A DNA stretch of 64,000 nucleotides, taken from an uncultured Bacteroidota bacterium. Lineage in GTDB: Bacteria; Bacteroidota; Bacteroidia; UKL13-3. Positions 61,189 through 64,000 of the stretch are shown here, piece by piece. The stretch lies in contig CAIVZR010000046.1 of NCBI GenBank assembly GCA_903910445.1, positions 55,224 through 119,223 on the forward strand. The letters are read 5' to 3'. How positions within the stretch are numbered: the stretch's first letter is position 1; the number at the start of each line of letters is the position of its first letter. A program made the translations under genes and the position numbers. The notes under the pieces are model-generated. The model was not told the origin of the DNA. It was given only the letters and a program-made list of their open reading frames with translations, and made no database searches.

Positions 61189-63435
61189 TTAAAACTGAGC
61201 AGTGTATTGAACCATAAATGCACGTGGTGGACCTAGGTTTGCTGGGGCGTACATGTACTCGTGGTTGGTGATATTTTTTACAATTAATGAAACGGTGGAA
61301 TTGTATTTTGTGAGTTTATAGGCTATACGCAAATCGAAAAGCCAATCGCCATTCGGATGCAATACTCTGTAGTTTTTTACGCCTGGTATTAGTCCATTAA
61401 AGGCTTCATCAATATTATTCATAAAGCTATTATAACGCACGGTAGTACCTGCCGAAAACCCCTTATAATCCACATCCGCATTGAATCGCAACAAATCATT
61501 ATTACGATATTTCAAGTATCTGTTTTTGCTTACTACTGCATCTAACGAATCTAAGTTCAAAGGATTTATCTTAGTGTATCCACCCGAAATCACTACATGA
61601 ACTTTACCAAAATAACCTTCAGCACCAGTGCTTAATTCTATTCCTGAAATTCGCGCATTGGTATAATTCTGTGCTGCAAACCCAATATAGTGTAATGGAT
61701 TACCAATATAGTTCGGATCAGGAGGATAATATCCAAAAATAAATTCAATCATGTTTTTATACTGAGTTCTAAAGAGTGCCACATCCACCATCCCCTTCCA
61801 GGTGCCCAATAAAAAACCTTGCTTCACTCCTATCTCTGTGCCCCATCCGTTCTCGGGTTGCAGTGTTGGATTCGGAAAAATACTAAGTGAGCCAGATGAG
61901 GTAGCAGCGTATAACTCTGCAATGGCGGGCATTCGATAGCCTTCTCCGATACTTCCTCTCAAATAGGTTGCGGGGGCGAGATGCCAGTTTAATCCGGCCC
62001 TCAGCACTTTCACAAAACGTTTCGATAAGGTATCCATTCTAAAATATTCGGCACGCGTACCAAAGCTGAATAATATTTTTTTAAGCTTATACTCCGTTTG
62101 CATGTATACAGCAGCATTTTCCGAAGTTTTATTGCCGTAAATCGAATCGCTCTTCACCATCGAATAGGTATTGGCTGCACCAATTGTAAATTTTAATTCG
62201 TTACCCGCAGTGTCCCCAAACGATTTTTGATATTGATATTCGTTATAAATGAAACTCGATTTATAATTATTTTTAGAAACCCCAATACCTTGGTTATCGT
62301 TATAGTAGTAACGATTACGAAAAGCATGCTTATGCCCTGCAGGTGAAATATAGGTGAGAAACGGATCGGCATAAAATCGATTGTTCATCCCTCTCGACAG
62401 TGTGCCCTCGGCAGGAATGGAAGGGTTGCTATCGTTCTTCCAAATTAAAAAGATCTGTGTGTGTTGTCGGTAGGCGTTAAGGTTCATCCCTGCTTGTAAG
62501 CCTTTCACTTTCACAAAATGATATTTATAATTCGCACTCACCCTGCCATAGGTGGTGGTTTCATCTTGTCGGTATGAATTATCTAAAACCAAGGCAGCAC
62601 TCATTACCAAATCATGGTTTTTAATTTTGCGACTATGCAATGCGTAGATACCGTGATTAAATATTGGAGAAGAATTGAAATTATAATACCCCGTCTTGTA
62701 TTCATCGAACATACCCGTGAACACCCTTATTTTTGTCTCAGGCATATCTTTAGGAGCAGCAGTGCGTAAATTGATGACACCACCCAAGGCGCTGCTTCCA
62801 AAGAGTGCGGAGGAAGCTCCTTTGCTAATTTCCACTTGTTGTATATTTTCGGTAGGTAAAAAATCCCATTTAATATCGCCTGCATCCGGACTTAATAATG
62901 GCAAATCGTCGATAAGCATGAGTACCCTGCTTCCTGCGCCGTAACTAAAACCACTGCCACCTCTAATATTCACTTGCCCCTTAATCACATTCACTCCCGA
63001 TACTTGCTCCACAGCGGTTTGCATATTGAGGTTACCCGACGCTTCGATGAGTTTGGGCTTTAATATTTCGATGGAGGTGGTTACCTCTGCAATTTTTTGT
63101 TCGAACTTAGAGGCAGTTACTACCACTTCATCGAGGCTTGTATTGGAAGGAGACAGCCGAATATTCAATATCGTTTCACTGCCACTGCCATTGAGTTTCA
63201 CAGATTGTGAGGTATATCCAACCAGTTTAAAAATTACGGTAGCATTGGCATCTTTAATAAAAAGCTGATATGCCCCTAATGAATCGGTGATGGTGCCTGT
63301 ATTGGCAATACCAACGATGACCCCCTGTAGCGAAGCATGGGTATTGGCATCGGTTACCACGCCATGAAGACGCATTGTTTGCGCTTCGGCAAGTTGAAAA
63401 AGAACGAAGCACAGAATGAATAAATAATTCCTCAT
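61189..63435 (-). CDS. TonB-dependent receptor
   Basis: Signal peptide, carboxypeptidase-regulatory-like domain, 'DEVVVTAS', 'EISKGASSALFGSSALGGVIN' plug, C-terminal F. Confidence 0.9.
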   Translation of the reverse strand: MRNYLFILCFVLFQLAEAQTMRLHGVVTDANTHASLQGVIVGIANTGTITDSLGAYQLFIKDANATVIFKLVGYTSQSVKLNGSGSETILNIRLSPSNTSLDEVVVTASKFEQKIAEVTTSIEILKPKLIEASGNLNMQTAVEQVSGVNVIKGQVNIRGGSGFSYGAGSRVLMLIDDLPLLSPDAGDIKWDFLPTENIQQVEISKGASSALFGSSALGGVINLRTAAPKDMPETKIRVFTGMFDEYKTGYYNFNSSPIFNHGIYALHSRKIKNHDLVMSAALVLDNSYRQDETTTYGRVSANYKYHFVKVKGLQAGMNLNAYRQHTQIFLIWKNDSNPSIPAEGTLSRGMNNRFYADPFLTYISPAGHKHAFRNRYYYNDNQGIGVSKNNYKSSFIYNEYQYQKSFGDTAGNELKFTIGAANTYSMVKSDSIYGNKTSENAAVYMQTEYKLKKILFSFGTRAEYFRMDTLSKRFVKVLRAGLNWHLAPATYLRGSIGEGYRMPAIAELYAATSSGSLSIFPNPTLQPENGWGTEIGVKQGFLLGTWKGMVDVALFRTQYKNMIEFIFGYYPPDPNYIGNPLHYIGFAAQNYTNARISGIELSTGAEGYFGKVHVVISGGYTKINPLNLDSLDAVVSKNRYLKYRNNDLLRFNADVDYKGFSAGTTVRYNSFMNNIDEAFNGLIPGVKNYRVLHPNGDWLFDLRIAYKLTKYNSTVSLIVKNITNHEYMYAPANLGPPRAFMVQYTAQF

Positions 63436-63525
63436 GAGAAATTTTAAAAAAGTCTTAGAAAAGTCAAAACTAAAGATATTTTTGTGAATGAAAAATAAAC
63501 AGGATAATTAAAACAATAAAAATAA

Positions 63526-64000
63526 ATGATAAAGAAACGGACTTCCGATGAGGAACAAATAAGTCGTATTGCATTAAAGATGGTTCCGATGGTTGGCGAT
63601 AGTTTGGCGCGTAACCTCATAAGCTATTGTGGCAGTGCAGAATCGGTTTTCAAAGAAAAAAAATCCAAGCTCCTAAAAATTCCAGGAATTGGTGAAGCCA
63701 TTGCTGGCAATCTCACCTCTTTTAAAAATTTTGGCAAAGCCGAGGAAGAGTTGGCTTTCACCTATAAGCACAAAATTAAAATTTGTTTTTATGCCGATGA
63801 GCACTATCCACGCCGCTTGAAACAACTTAGCGATGCCCCCTTTCTTTTTTATTATCGGGGTACCGCCGATTTGAATCATGATAAGATAGTGAGTATTGTA
63901 GGCACCCGGGAGGCCACCGAGTATGGTAAGAATTTTTGTCAGCGATTCATTGAAGACTTGGTTCCACACAAGGTACTTATCATTAGCGGGTTGGCCTATG
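63526..64000 (+). CDS. dprA: DNA-processing protein DprA (partial, runs off the window)
   Basis: Not in the ORF track. Manual translation: MIKKRTSDEEQISRIALKMVPMVG...KIPGIG...YPRRLKQLSDAP...SIVGTREATEYG...IISGLAY. Confidence 0.92.
   Translation, partial: MIKKRTSDEEQISRIALKMVPMVGDSLARNLISYCGSAESVFKEKKSKLLKIPGIGEAIAGNLTSFKNFGKAEEELAFTYKHKIKICFYADEHYPRRLKQLSDAPFLFYYRGTADLNHDKIVSIVGTREATEYGKNFCQRFIEDLVPHKVLIISGLAY

Noticed and set aside
63673-63969. 98-aa minus-strand ORF
   Set aside because: Antisense shadow of the partial dprA.

Overview
AT-rich chromosomal window from a Bacteroidota (Bacteroidetes) genome. The assignment rests on T9SS C-terminal-domain cargo proteins, TonB-dependent receptors, TAnnTTTG -7 promoters and the glgA-like/DUF4270 and DUF5606 gene pairs. 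It is mostly dense housekeeping content: aroB/A/C/F, pyrF, guaA, cmk, tdk, frr, miaA, mnmH, thiL, kdsB, mtgA and dprA. I found no rRNA, tRNA, CRISPR array, transposase or phage genes. The most striking locus is a six-gene minus-strand operon at 35735-42853: DltA-like adenylation enzyme, GNAT, carrier protein, SGNH protein, SGNH-2xLysM protein, and an MBOAT ending in a DltX-like FIYLKF motif. A GH73-like muramidase gene lies just upstream. Together this looks like a carrier-protein-dependent (N-acetyl)aminoacylation pathway for peptidoglycan or another envelope glycan in a diderm. Two ORF-less candidate sRNA loci are also visible: one sigma54-driven (~58287-58369) and one behind three LytTR-type 21-bp-period repeats (5777-5948). 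A sulfonolipid-type cysteate acyltransferase and an orphan comA also occur. All family assignments come from motif recognition by eye, not database searches.
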